Below are positions 18,632 through 29,118 of a stretch of 38,223 nt of DNA, piece after piece. The notes below the pieces were generated by a model. The model was not told where the DNA came from. It searched no databases and saw only the letters and a list, made by a program, of their open reading frames with translations. This stretch comes from an uncultured Erysipelotrichaceae bacterium (GTDB lineage Bacteria; Bacillota_I; Bacilli_A; RF39; UBA660), in the NCBI GenBank assembly GCA_902783555.1, contig CACZRB010000073.1, positions 1 through 38,223 on the forward strand, given 5' to 3'. Each line of letters starts with the position of its first letter. Within the stretch, counting starts at the first letter, position 1. Both the position numbers and the translations under genes were made by a program.

Positions 18632-18660
18632 GCTTGGCAATGTATTGCTAAGCTTTTTAT
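18631..18660 (+). terminator. Rho-independent terminator after frr
   Basis: Stem AGCTTGGCAAT/ATTGCTAAGCT (one G-U pair) followed by TTTTT. Confidence 0.8.
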
Positions 18661-18712
18661 TGAATTTAAATTTTGATTATAATATAATTATATAAAATAT
18701 AGGATGATTAAA

Positions 18713-18958
18713 ATGTATAGAAAAGAAAAAAATATAATAATTGTAAGTGTTATAGCACTAATGCTAATGTTAATTGGAGTAACATATGCGTACTTTAGTG
18801 CTAGAATTATAGGGAAAAATTCTACTAGTACAATTAGTGTGACATCTGGTAGGATGGAAATACATTATTCAGAAGATAATAATACTATTAGCATTAGTAA
18901 TATCTATCCAAGAAAAGAAGCATGGATAACAAAAAAAAATAACTCTTACAGGATATAA
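18713..18958 (+). CDS. Surface protein, N-terminal segment (SipW-type-like signal peptide), truncated by a frameshift in an A9 tract
   Basis: MYRKEKNIIIVSVIALMLMLIGVTYAYFSARI... AGGATGA at 18701-18707 favours ATG 18713 over the track start at 18704, in the same frame. The frame ends 6 codons after the A-run. Confidence 0.8.
   Translation: MYRKEKNIIIVSVIALMLMLIGVTYAYFSARIIGKNSTSTISVTSGRMEIHYSEDNNTISISNIYPRKEAWITKKNNSYRI
18931..18939 (+). repeat. Homopolymeric A9 tract at the frame junction of the 18713-20180 gene
   Basis: Nine consecutive A (c-AAAAAAAAA-t). The downstream frame is open from 18930. Removing one A joins ..EAWITKK to ITLTGYNTTDQDMYYELGFN.., matching the paralog ..EALVTKTITITGTNTTDLQMRYDLGIN... 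Confidence 0.9.
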
Positions 18959-18974
18959 TACTACTGATCAAGAT

Positions 18975-20180
18975 ATGTATTATGAATTAGGCTTTAATAT
19001 TTCAACTAATACTTTTAAAAAAGGTGAATTAATATTAAGCTTGACTGGAATTGGTGATAATGGTTCGAAGATATCAGATATAACATCAAAATCAATAGTA
19101 GGTCATGATAGGTTTTTTAGAATTGGAACTGGGCACTTTAGCCAATCTGATGGAGATACGCACATATATGAATTGAAGATATTCTTCAAAGATACTGGAA
19201 AAAATCAAAACTATAATCAAAATGCTGTATTTAATGCTCAAATAAATACTATTGAGTCTCATAGCGATTTAGTAACCTTTAAACAACTTCAAGATGCAAC
19301 TGTAAATGAAACAGCATGTAAGGAGTACTTTTCTGAATATTCAAGCTATTTCTCAGAAGAAGATTTTACAACTATTTGTACTGGAGGAACAATTAACTTT
19401 ATGGGGAATAATATAAGTGTTGTAAGCTATTTTGGAAATGAATATGAATCATTAATCGAAAATGGTGTTATAAGTGATCCTATTTTTAGTGAAACTGAGA
19501 CTCCAAAAATCGGAACCAATTTTACTGAAGGAATTTATAATTATTCTTATAATGATAATGGTTGGGTGGTATCATTAGCTGACCCATCTTCAACTGCTCC
19601 AATAACAACTGCTCCAAGGGTAAGCATTAATGGAGAAAAAATTACCACATTAGCTTCCTTATTTTATGAAAGCGCTGCTACTAGTATTGATTTAAGTACA
19701 TTTGATACGTCAAATATAACAAATATGGCATCTATGTTTAGGGCTAGCCATGCTACAAGTTTAGACTTATCATATTTAGATACATCAAACGTAACAAACA
19801 TGACATATATGTTTAGTTCCAGCTACGCTACAAGTCTAGATTTATCATATTTAGATACTTCAAACGTAACTAATATGACATATATGTTTGCACACTGTAA
19901 TGCTTCAATTTTGGATATAAGTTCCTTTAACACATCAAATATACCATCTAAGGGTGGAGTAAATAGAATGTTTGCAGACTCACCAAACTTAGTAACAATA
20001 TATGCATCTAATAATTTTAGACTTGTGCCTGAGGTTTCAGGTGATGATTATGTATTTGAAAATTCAACTGCTATAGTAGGCGGTAGTGGAACTACTTATG
20101 ATTCAAATAGAATTAGTAGAAATTATGCTCATATAGATGGAGGAGTTTCTAATCCGGGATATTTTACTTTAAAAACTTAA
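18975..20180 (+). CDS. Surface protein, C-terminal segment with DUF285/BspA-like 25-aa repeats (continuation of 18713..18958)
   Basis: The rest of the family N-domain (YELKIFFKDTGKNQNYNQNAVFNAQI) is followed by tandem units ATS(I/L)DLS.(F/L)DTSN(I/V)TNM(A/T)(S/Y)MF. No RBS precedes ATG 18975. Confidence 0.8.
   Translation: MYYELGFNISTNTFKKGELILSLTGIGDNGSKISDITSKSIVGHDRFFRIGTGHFSQSDGDTHIYELKIFFKDTGKNQNYNQNAVFNAQINTIESHSDLVTFKQLQDATVNETACKEYFSEYSSYFSEEDFTTICTGGTINFMGNNISVVSYFGNEYESLIENGVISDPIFSETETPKIGTNFTEGIYNYSYNDNGWVVSLADPSSTAPITTAPRVSINGEKITTLASLFYESAATSIDLSTFDTSNITNMASMFRASHATSLDLSYLDTSNVTNMTYMFSSSYATSLDLSYLDTSNVTNMTYMFAHCNASILDISSFNTSNIPSKGGVNRMFADSPNLVTIYASNNFRLVPEVSGDDYVFENSTAIVGGSGTTYDSNRISRNYAHIDGGVSNPGYFTLKT
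19677..19901 (+). repeat. Three tandem 75-bp (25-aa) coding repeats, with a fourth degenerate unit from 19902
   Basis: Units start at 19677, 19752 and 19827. Units 2 and 3 are near-identical at the DNA level (GCTACAAGT(T/C)TAGA(C/T)TTATCATATTTAGATAC(A/T)TCAAACGTAAC...ATGACATATATGTTT). Confidence 0.85.
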
Positions 20181-20472
20181 TAATAGTGATTATGAAAATA
20201 TTCATTTATTGTATAATTATTAAAGATGGTGTCAATATTATTATTGCTGCTTAATGTTCACACTGATTTGATACAAATGTCAGGAACATGGATAGGAAAC
20301 TTTGTTTTATATAATTAAGATTATATTATAAATATATAGTCTTTTTATTTACAATAAATATGTAAAGTTTAATTTTTTTAAAATAAATTGTAAAATAAAA
20401 AAAGGAAATTAATGTTTTATCGGTAATATAAATAGTAGAGGGACTAAATGGTTATCTGGAAAGGAGATTAAA

Positions 20473-20958
20473 ATGAGGAATATAAGTTTACTAAATCCTT
20501 ACTCAATTTATCATTTATGGCAATATGAATATAGTAAAGATTTTATTAATAATATGATTAATTCAATTATTAAAAGTAATGATAATTATAATTTATTAGA
20601 CTTTTTTAATAAAAGTATTAATAACGTTAGAAGCTACTTAATATTTGAAAGTAATAATAATATTGTTTTAATAGATTTTAATTTAAATGGACGTAATATT
20701 GATGATGATTTAGGTATTATTAATTTCTTAGAATCAACTTCAAATAAAAAAATTTATTTAATCATGTTTAATAATTTTAAAGGTATTAATAGTTCTTATA
20801 ATAATATTTATAATATTTTTATGAGTGATAATATTATGTTTGCTGATAATATGGAAAAAGAATTTACTTATGATAAAAAAATTGCTGATATTTTATATAC
20901 TATGAGTGATGAACTATATAAGCTATATTTACATGAAGAAATGCTACTTAATAAGTAA
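20473..20958 (+). CDS. Hypothetical Asn/Ile-rich cytoplasmic protein, no recognisable family
   Basis: 161-aa ORF with a good RBS (GGAAAGGAGA) 7 nt upstream and its own terminator. No signal peptide or TM segment. Confidence 0.55.
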   Translation: MRNISLLNPYSIYHLWQYEYSKDFINNMINSIIKSNDNYNLLDFFNKSINNVRSYLIFESNNNIVLIDFNLNGRNIDDDLGIINFLESTSNKKIYLIMFNNFKGINSSYNNIYNIFMSDNIMFADNMEKEFTYDKKIADILYTMSDELYKLYLHEEMLLNK

Positions 20959-20979
20959 TTAGCGCAAGCTAATTTTTTC
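20957..20979 (+). terminator. Rho-independent terminator
   Basis: Stem AATTAGC/GCTAATT with a GCAA tetraloop and a T-run. Confidence 0.7.
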
Positions 20980-21000
20980 TTTTGACAAATTTTCTAAAAA

Positions 21001-21028
21001 TTAGCACTCATATATTGACAAGTGCTAA
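21001..21028 (+). promoter_or_regulatory. CIRCE operator 1 (HrcA binding site) overlapping the -35
   Basis: TTAGCACTC-atatattgac-AAGTGCTAA versus consensus TTAGCACTC-N9-GAGTGCTAA. There is one arm mismatch and the spacer is one nt longer than consensus. Confidence 0.85.
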
Positions 21029-21043
21029 GCATAATATTATAAT
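21015..21043 (+). promoter_or_regulatory. hrcA operon promoter, perfect consensus TTGACA-17-TATAAT
   Basis: TTGACA at 21015-21020 and TATAAT at 21038-21043. Confidence 0.8.
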
Positions 21044-21047
21044 GATA

Positions 21048-21074
21048 TTAGCATTTGAATGTTGAAAGTGCTAA
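21048..21074 (+). promoter_or_regulatory. CIRCE operator 2 (degenerate) in the 5' UTR
   Basis: TTAGCATTT-gaatgttga-AAGTGCTAA has exact N9 spacing and three arm mismatches to consensus. It lies between the -10 and the RBS. Confidence 0.7.
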
Positions 21075-21088
21075 AAGGAAGTGATGGT

Positions 21089-22078
21089 GTGAATAATCGT
21101 CAAAAAGAATTGTTAAGGTTAATTGTAGAAACATATATTGATACAGTTAAACCTGTAGGTTCAAAGTCATTAGTTAAAAAATTAAAGTGTTCTAGCGCTA
21201 CAATTAGAAATGATATGGCATATTTAGAAACATTAGGGTATTTAGAAAAAACTCATACATCTAGTGGTAGAGTTCCTAGTGAAGCTGGCTATAAATATTA
21301 TGCTCAAAATCTAATGCAGCAAAAAGAAATAACTAATAGTGAGATGAATAAACTTCAAACTATTTTAGATAACAAGAACTTAGCAACTTCTGATGCTATT
21401 ATTAAATGCATGGAAATAATTAGTGATATAACTAATTATACTAGTGTTGTTTTAGGTAAAGAATCGGATAATAATACTTTAAAACATATTAGTATAGTAC
21501 CAATTGATGATAGAAAAGTTGTCGCAGTAGTAGTTACTAATACAGGCCACGTTGAAAATAATCAGTCTGTAATTCCAGATAGTATTAGTATTAGTGATAT
21601 AGTTAAAGCTTGTGAAATTATAAATAAATCATTAATTGGTACTAAATTATCTGAAATAAATCAAAAATTAGAATATGAAATTAAGCCAGTTATTATTGAA
21701 AAAATTAAAGAATATGATAGTGTAATGAAATTCTTCTATGATGCATTTAATGACTTTACAATGCAAAATAGTGATGTGTTTTTTGGCGGCAAAACTAATA
21801 TTTTAAAACAGCCTGAATATGATGAACCAGATAAGATAAAAGGAATTATTGGTAAACTTGAAAATATTGAACTTGTTAAAAAAATAGAAACTGATGATAA
21901 AGAAATTAATATCTTTATTGGAGAAGAAAATGAATTTGATGATAATGTAACAGTTATTAAAACAAGTTATAATGCAGGTGGTGAAGAAGGTACTATTGCT
22001 GTTATTGGGCCAAAAAGAATGGAATATGACAAAGTAGTATCACTCTTAAATTATTTAAAGACTTACATAGAAAGGTAA
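21089..22078 (+). CDS. hrcA: Heat-inducible transcription repressor HrcA
   Basis: (V/M)NNRQKELLRLIVETYIDTVKPVGSKSLVKK... is the canonical HrcA winged-helix N-terminus. GTG 21089 is preceded by AAAGGAAG. The track start, ATG 21059, lies inside CIRCE 2, so I consider it unlikely. Confidence 0.9.
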   Translation: MNNRQKELLRLIVETYIDTVKPVGSKSLVKKLKCSSATIRNDMAYLETLGYLEKTHTSSGRVPSEAGYKYYAQNLMQQKEITNSEMNKLQTILDNKNLATSDAIIKCMEIISDITNYTSVVLGKESDNNTLKHISIVPIDDRKVVAVVVTNTGHVENNQSVIPDSISISDIVKACEIINKSLIGTKLSEINQKLEYEIKPVIIEKIKEYDSVMKFFYDAFNDFTMQNSDVFFGGKTNILKQPEYDEPDKIKGIIGKLENIELVKKIETDDKEINIFIGEENEFDDNVTVIKTSYNAGGEEGTIAVIGPKRMEYDKVVSLLNYLKTYIER

Positions 22079-22081
22079 TTT

Positions 22082-22630
22082 ATGGAAAATAAAGAATTAG
22101 AAATAAAAAAAGAACAAACAAATCAAAAGGTAGAAAAGAAAAAACATGAAAAACACGAAAAACATGATAAATTAGAAGAGTTAAATCAAAAATTAACCGA
22201 AGCCTTAAATGAAGAAAAGGCTAAAAACATGCGAATTAGTGCAGAAATGATTAACTTTAAAAAGCGCAAAGAAGATGAACTTAGTACATATTTAAAATAT
22301 GCTAATGAAGGATTAGTTACGGATTTACTTCCAATTGTAGATAATTTTGAACGAGCTATTAAAATGGACACCCCAGATTTAACTGATGAACTTAGCAGAT
22401 TCTTAGAAGGATTTAAAATGATTTATACGAATTTAATAAATATTTTAAATAAATGTGAAGTTAAAGAAATAGTTGCTGAGGGAGTTGAATTTGATCCTAC
22501 TTATCATCAAGCGGTTTTAACTGAAAAAGATGAAAATAAACCTGCAGGAGTAGTACTTGAAGTACTTCAAAAAGGTTATATGTATAAAGATAAAGTTATA
22601 AGACCAGCAATGGTTAAGGTTAATGAATAA
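22082..22630 (+). CDS. grpE: Nucleotide exchange factor GrpE
   Basis: Coiled-coil N-terminus, then R..AE..N..KR, LLPV.DNFERA, HQAV and V.Q.GY.....VIRPA.V.V. Confidence 0.95.
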   Translation: MENKELEIKKEQTNQKVEKKKHEKHEKHDKLEELNQKLTEALNEEKAKNMRISAEMINFKKRKEDELSTYLKYANEGLVTDLLPIVDNFERAIKMDTPDLTDELSRFLEGFKMIYTNLINILNKCEVKEIVAEGVEFDPTYHQAVLTEKDENKPAGVVLEVLQKGYMYKDKVIRPAMVKVNE

Positions 22631-22685
22631 ATATAAAAATTACTCGAAGAATAGGCAAAATGCCTGATATAAATGAAAGGAATGA

Positions 22686-24506
<1,821 letters not shown>

Positions 24507-24512
24507 AGAAAT

Positions 24513-24542
24513 TAAGTTCTAGATTTCTAGAACTTATTTTCT
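24513..24542 (+). terminator. Rho-independent terminator directly after dnaK
   Basis: Palindrome TAAGTTCTAGA-tt-TCTAGAACTTA followed by TTTTCT. Confidence 0.75.
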
Positions 24543-24560
24543 TGAATTAATGGAGGATTA

Positions 24561-26351
24561 ATGAAAATATACAAGTCAAGAAATGAAGTGCCAGACAAAT
24601 ATAAATGGGATTTAAAAGAGTATTTTTCGAGCAATAAAGAATTTAATAAAACATACGATAAATGTATTAAACTTATTGATAAAATAGATGATTATAAAGG
24701 TAAAATTAATAAACCTGATAAGCTATATGAATATCTTAAATTAGATGAAGAAATTATGATTATGGTTGAAAATCTTTATGTTTACGCTTATTTAATGAAT
24801 GATCAAGAATTAGGAGTTAGTTCATCAATTGAAAATAAAAGTAAAGCGGAGAATTTAATGGCTTTATATGAAAGCAAAGTATCCTTTTTTGCTCCTGAAT
24901 TATTAAATTTATCTAAAGAAGAGTATACTGCTTTATTTAAAAATAAAAATTTATGTTTTTATAAAGATTTATTAGATAAAATTTATCGTGCGAAGTCACA
25001 TATTTTAAATGAAGAAAATGAAAAAATTATTACTCTTTTAGATTCTTCAATGAACCATTTTGATGATTTATCTTCAACTATGTTAAATAGTGCTCATGAT
25101 TATGGTAAAGTAAAAATAGATAACCATGTAACTCAAATAACTTCAACTAACTATTCAAAATTAATAAAAAGCAAAAATACAAATATACGTAAAAAAATAT
25201 ATAGACAATATTCAAAAGTATTAGATCAATATGGGGATATATCTGCCGGACTTTTAAATGCGTTTGTTAAAAGTCAGAGTACTAATGCTATACTTCATAA
25301 ATATAAAAATAGTTGGGATAATAAATTGTTTAATAATAATATGCCTAATGAAGCATATGAATCCTTAGTTAAAAATGTAGAAGGAAATATTTCATCTTAT
25401 CAAAGATATCTTAAATTATTTAAAAAATTACATAAGTTAAATATATTACATCTTTATGATTTAAATTTAGATGTAGTAAAAGGTGCAAGGGAATATACCG
25501 TAGAAGAAGCAAAAGATTTAGTTTTTAATTCTATTAAAGTATTAGGGCCAGAATATCAAGAAAAATTTCAAAAAATATTTGACAATCATTATATTGATTA
25601 TATGCCTTATAAAGGAAAATGCTCTGGTGGATATTCATTTTCAACTAGTACTACTAATTCCCGTATTTTGATGAGTTATAATGGAGATTTATCAAGCATT
25701 TCAACCATTGCTCATGAAGGTGGACATAATGTACATCATCAATTTGTTAAAGATAATAATCCTGTAATATATCGTAATGTTACATCTTTAGTTAGTGAAG
25801 TTGCATCCCTTACGAATGAATGTTTACTTTCATCATATCTAGTTAAGAATGCTAAAAGTAAAGAAGAAAAACTTATGGGGCTTTCAAATATTATTGGGGT
25901 AATTAATTCAAACTTGTTTGGTGCTGTTCGTGAAGGCAAAATGGAACAAGAATTTTATAAACTTGTTGATAATGGTGGAACAATAACTAAAGAATACATG
26001 GATAATTTAACAATTGATTCTTTAAAGAAATATTATGGTAATATAGTTAAATTAGATAAATATTCAGGCGTTTCATGGACTAGAAGAAGCCATTACTATA
26101 TGTTTTATTATTTATATGCATATTCATTTTGCATATCAATTGCTGCTTATGTAGCTAATGAAATATTAAATGGCAATAAAATAGTACTAGCTAAATATCT
26201 TGAATTCTTAAAAACTGGTTCTGATAAATGGCCAATTGAAGCTTTCAATGTCCTTGGTGTTGATTTAACTAAAGATGATGTATATTTAGGCGCAATTAAG
26301 TATTATAATTCATTACTTGACGAATTTGAAAGATTAATAAAGGAGAATTAA
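24561..26351 (+). CDS. pepF: Oligoendopeptidase F (M3B metallopeptidase)
   Basis: About 600 aa with zinc motif HEGGHNVHH (HExxH) and the M3B-typical N-terminus KYKWDL. RBS GGAGGA. Confidence 0.9.
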   Translation: MKIYKSRNEVPDKYKWDLKEYFSSNKEFNKTYDKCIKLIDKIDDYKGKINKPDKLYEYLKLDEEIMIMVENLYVYAYLMNDQELGVSSSIENKSKAENLMALYESKVSFFAPELLNLSKEEYTALFKNKNLCFYKDLLDKIYRAKSHILNEENEKIITLLDSSMNHFDDLSSTMLNSAHDYGKVKIDNHVTQITSTNYSKLIKSKNTNIRKKIYRQYSKVLDQYGDISAGLLNAFVKSQSTNAILHKYKNSWDNKLFNNNMPNEAYESLVKNVEGNISSYQRYLKLFKKLHKLNILHLYDLNLDVVKGAREYTVEEAKDLVFNSIKVLGPEYQEKFQKIFDNHYIDYMPYKGKCSGGYSFSTSTTNSRILMSYNGDLSSISTIAHEGGHNVHHQFVKDNNPVIYRNVTSLVSEVASLTNECLLSSYLVKNAKSKEEKLMGLSNIIGVINSNLFGAVREGKMEQEFYKLVDNGGTITKEYMDNLTIDSLKKYYGNIVKLDKYSGVSWTRRSHYYMFYYLYAYSFCISIAAYVANEILNGNKIVLAKYLEFLKTGSDKWPIEAFNVLGVDLTKDDVYLGAIKYYNSLLDEFERLIKEN

Positions 26352-26352
26352 C

Positions 26353-27480
26353 ATGGCTAAAAAAGATTTTTATGAAGTATTAGGTGTCAGTAAAACTGCT
26401 ACAGAAGCTGAAATAAAAAGTGCATTTAGAAAAAAAGCTAAAATGTATCATCCAGATAATAAAGAAACTGGAAATGCTGAAAAGTTTAAAGAAGTAAGCG
26501 AGGCTTATGGAGTACTTTCTGATGCAACTAAAAGAAAACAATATGATCAATTTGGATCTGCTGCTTTTGATAATAATGCCGGTGGATTTTCTGGCTTTGG
26601 CGGTGGATTTGATGGCTTTGGTGGTGGCTTTTCTGGCTTTGGCTTTGAAGACATTAACCTAGGTGATATATTTGAACAAATGATGGGTGGCGGCAGATCT
26701 AGAAGTTCATCAAAAAGAAGTGCTAAAGGGCAAGATGTGTTAGTTAAACTAGATTTAACTTTTGAAGAAGCCGTTTTTGGTACAGAAAAGACATTCAAGA
26801 TAAATCTTGATGAAATATGTTCAGAATGTAATGGTAAAGGTGGTAAAAATCCGCAAAAATGTAGTACTTGTAACGGTAGGGGTAGTGTAATTAGAGAGCA
26901 ACGTAGTATATTAGGTATGATTCAGACTCAGACTACTTGTCCTGATTGTCATGGTACTGGTGAAATATTTAAAGAAATTTGTTCTCATTGTCGTGGTAAA
27001 GGATTTGTAAGTACTAGTAAAGAAATTAAACTAAAAGTACCAAGCGGTGTTGATAATGGTGATCAAATGCGTATGGCTGGTAAAGCAAATGCAGGTATAA
27101 ATGGTGGCCCGAATGGGGATATTTATATTGAGTTTACTGTAAAAAATCATCCATTATATAAAAGAGATGGCAAAGATTTATATTTAGTAGTTCCTTTAAC
27201 TGTTACTGAAGCGGTACTGGGTTGTAAAAAAGAAATACCGACTATTTATGGTAATGAGACTGTTACCTTTGCACCTGGTACACAAAATAATGAAAATATT
27301 AAATTAAAAGGTAAAGGAATAGATGATAAGAAAACTGGCAAATTAGGAGATATGTATTTAATTACCAATATTATTATTCCAACTAAATTAGATCGTAACC
27401 AAAAGTCTTTATTTAACGAATTAAATGATACTAAATTAGATAATGAAGAAGCCTTTAAAAAATTCAAGAAATATTTATAA
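26353..27480 (+). CDS. dnaJ: Co-chaperone DnaJ (Hsp40)
   Basis: J-domain with YHPD, a G/F-rich linker and four CxxCxGxG zinc-finger repeats. The ATG lies 1 nt after the pepF stop. Confidence 0.97.
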   Translation: MAKKDFYEVLGVSKTATEAEIKSAFRKKAKMYHPDNKETGNAEKFKEVSEAYGVLSDATKRKQYDQFGSAAFDNNAGGFSGFGGGFDGFGGGFSGFGFEDINLGDIFEQMMGGGRSRSSSKRSAKGQDVLVKLDLTFEEAVFGTEKTFKINLDEICSECNGKGGKNPQKCSTCNGRGSVIREQRSILGMIQTQTTCPDCHGTGEIFKEICSHCRGKGFVSTSKEIKLKVPSGVDNGDQMRMAGKANAGINGGPNGDIYIEFTVKNHPLYKRDGKDLYLVVPLTVTEAVLGCKKEIPTIYGNETVTFAPGTQNNENIKLKGKGIDDKKTGKLGDMYLITNIIIPTKLDRNQKSLFNELNDTKLDNEEAFKKFKKYL

Positions 27481-27506
27481 AGTTCTTTAAAGAACTTTTT
27501 TCTTTT
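27479..27506 (+). terminator. Rho-independent terminator after dnaJ
   Basis: Stem AAAGTTC/GAACTTT followed by TTTTCTTTT. Confidence 0.7.
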
Positions 27507-27531
27507 GATATAATAAATTATAGGTGAGATC

Positions 27532-28035
27532 ATGAATAAAGATGATTTTAAAAAGAAAATATTAGAATGGCTTCCATACATAATAATAATTATTATAGTT
27601 ATTTTAATTAGAACATATTTATTTACTCCAATTAGAGTAAATGGAACTAGTATGTATCCTACATTAAAACAAAATGATTTAATGATTTTAAATAAAATAG
27701 GACTATCTAAAGGAATAAATAGATGGGATATCGTAGTTGTTAAGGAAGATAATAAATATATCATTAAAAGAGTAATTGCTCTTCCTGGTGAATCAGTAGC
27801 ATATATTGATGGAAAACTTTATATAAATAAAAAACAAGTAGATGATAATTATTCTTTAAGTAATACTAAAGATTTTAATGAGATCTATTTAAAAGATAGT
27901 GAATATTTTGTCATGGGAGATAATAGGGCAGTATCAGCTGATAGCAGATCAATTGGACCAGTTACTAAAGAACAGATATTAGGCAAAACTCATATAAGAT
28001 TTTTTCCATTTAATGAAATAGGTAATGTTGAATGA
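27532..28035 (+). CDS. lepB: Signal peptidase I (S26A, Ser/Lys P-type, SipS-like)
   Basis: N-terminal TM helix, catalytic-Ser box NGTSMYPTL, Lys box IKRVIALPGE and GDNRAVSADSR. TGA stop. Confidence 0.92.
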   Translation: MNKDDFKKKILEWLPYIIIIIIVILIRTYLFTPIRVNGTSMYPTLKQNDLMILNKIGLSKGINRWDIVVVKEDNKYIIKRVIALPGESVAYIDGKLYINKKQVDDNYSLSNTKDFNEIYLKDSEYFVMGDNRAVSADSRSIGPVTKEQILGKTHIRFFPFNEIGNVE

Positions 28036-28934
28036 ATACGTATTTATTAAATATTTATAGTATTAGATTATTAAATGATGAAATAAACAAAATAACATCT
28101 GGTAAAGAAAACATTGTAAATATTAATTATGATGAATCTAATATTGATAATGTTTTAGATGAATGCGCTTATTTTTCGCTTCTAAATGAAGAAAAAATAG
28201 TTATCGTTAAAAATTTTAAAATTAATGCATCTAGTAAAGTTCTTGAAAAATATTTAGATAATCCTAATCCGAATACTAAGTTAATATTAGTGGTAGATTC
28301 ATTAGATAAGCGTAGTAGTATTTATAAAAAGATAAAAGATAAAGGTACTGTCATTGAAATAGCTGAATTAAAGGCAAATGAACTTGCTAATAAAGTTAAT
28401 AATTATGCCAAAAGTATTGGGGTCTCAGTTGATTATTCATCTGTTAATAAACTAATAGAATACAATTTAAATAATTATGATTTAATCTTAAATGAAATAG
28501 ATAAAATATCAATTATAACTAATAAAATAACTTCTGATATAGTCGAATCTTATAGTGCTAAATTAAATGGCGAAGATACCTTTGGATTATGTGATGCGAT
28601 AACTAGCAAGAATTATAAAAATACAAGTGAACTTGTAGAAAAATTCATAATTGAAAAGATGGAAGTAGTTCCACTAGTTGCTCTTTTAGCTGGACAGTAT
28701 CGAATTATTTATGCAACTAAGGAATTAAATGAATCTAATGAATCAATTGCTGCTAAGTTAAATATTCATCCATATAGAGTTAAACTTGCTAAGGATAAAG
28801 CTTATTTATACAGTAAAGATGAATTAAAAAACATTATTTTGAATTTATGTGATTTAGATAAAAATTTAAAATCATTAAATGTTAATCAGTATACTTTATT
28901 AAAAGAATTCTTAATTAAATTAGTTAATATATAA
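28032..28934 (+). CDS. holA: DNA polymerase III delta subunit
   Basis: The 300-aa protein has HolA-like layout and motifs. ATGA overlap with lepB. The call rests partly on size and context, so confidence is moderate. Confidence 0.75.
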   Translation: MNTYLLNIYSIRLLNDEINKITSGKENIVNINYDESNIDNVLDECAYFSLLNEEKIVIVKNFKINASSKVLEKYLDNPNPNTKLILVVDSLDKRSSIYKKIKDKGTVIEIAELKANELANKVNNYAKSIGVSVDYSSVNKLIEYNLNNYDLILNEIDKISIITNKITSDIVESYSAKLNGEDTFGLCDAITSKNYKNTSELVEKFIIEKMEVVPLVALLAGQYRIIYATKELNESNESIAAKLNIHPYRVKLAKDKAYLYSKDELKNIILNLCDLDKNLKSLNVNQYTLLKEFLIKLVNI

Positions 28935-28958
28935 TTGGTATATAGAAAAGAAGAACTA

Positions 28959-28987
28959 TTGATTTATGGAAATACTTTTGATATAAT
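28959..28987 (+). promoter_or_regulatory. Orphan strong promoter, TTGATT-17-TATAAT with TG extension
   Basis: TTGATT at 28959-28964, TGaTATAAT at 28979-28987, directly followed by the perfect 9-bp palindrome TATGCAAAT-gaa-ATTTGCATA (28991-29011). There is no substantial ORF downstream. Confidence 0.5.
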
Positions 28988-28993
28988 GAATAT

Positions 28994-29118
28994 GCAAATG
29001 AAATTTGCATAAAATTAAAAAGGAAACATATCAGTTTTGTGATGCTGAATGTCTACCTAATGAAGAATGTGACATTTAAGTCTTATAATTAAATTACAAG
29101 GCTTAGATGTCTATTTTA
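28994..29118 (+). ncRNA. Candidate small RNA or leader of unknown class (promoter to hairpin plus T-run)
   Basis: The predicted start lies after the -10 above. A 12-bp stem GACATTTAAGTC (29071-29082) / GGCTTAGATGTC (29100-29111), with two G-U pairs, is followed by TATTTTA. The only ORF is 16 codons (29042-29092) and has no proper RBS. Confidence 0.3.

Noticed and set aside
20226-20318. 30-codon ORF MVSILLLLLNVHTDLIQMSGTWIGNFVLYN downstream of the surface-protein gene
   Set aside because: It has no RBS, sits only ~9 nt from a putative -10, and has no supporting RNA structure or antisense promoter, unlike the 37844 peptide.
21059-21088. ATG 21059 as the hrcA start
   Set aside because: It lies inside CIRCE 2, only 16 nt after the -10. 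GTG 21089 is preceded by AAAGGAAG and gives the canonical HrcA N-terminus.
27246-27764. 172-aa minus-strand ORF spanning the dnaJ 3' end, its terminator and the lepB 5' end
   Set aside because: It overlaps two confident + strand genes and an intergenic terminator. The hydrophobic I/L/F-rich translation is typical of antisense AT-rich sequence, and it has no RBS.
29042-29092. 16-codon ORF MLNVYLMKNVTFKSYN as a leader peptide
   Set aside because: There is no correctly spaced SD. It is not enriched in His, Asp or Asn codons, so no attenuation logic is evident.
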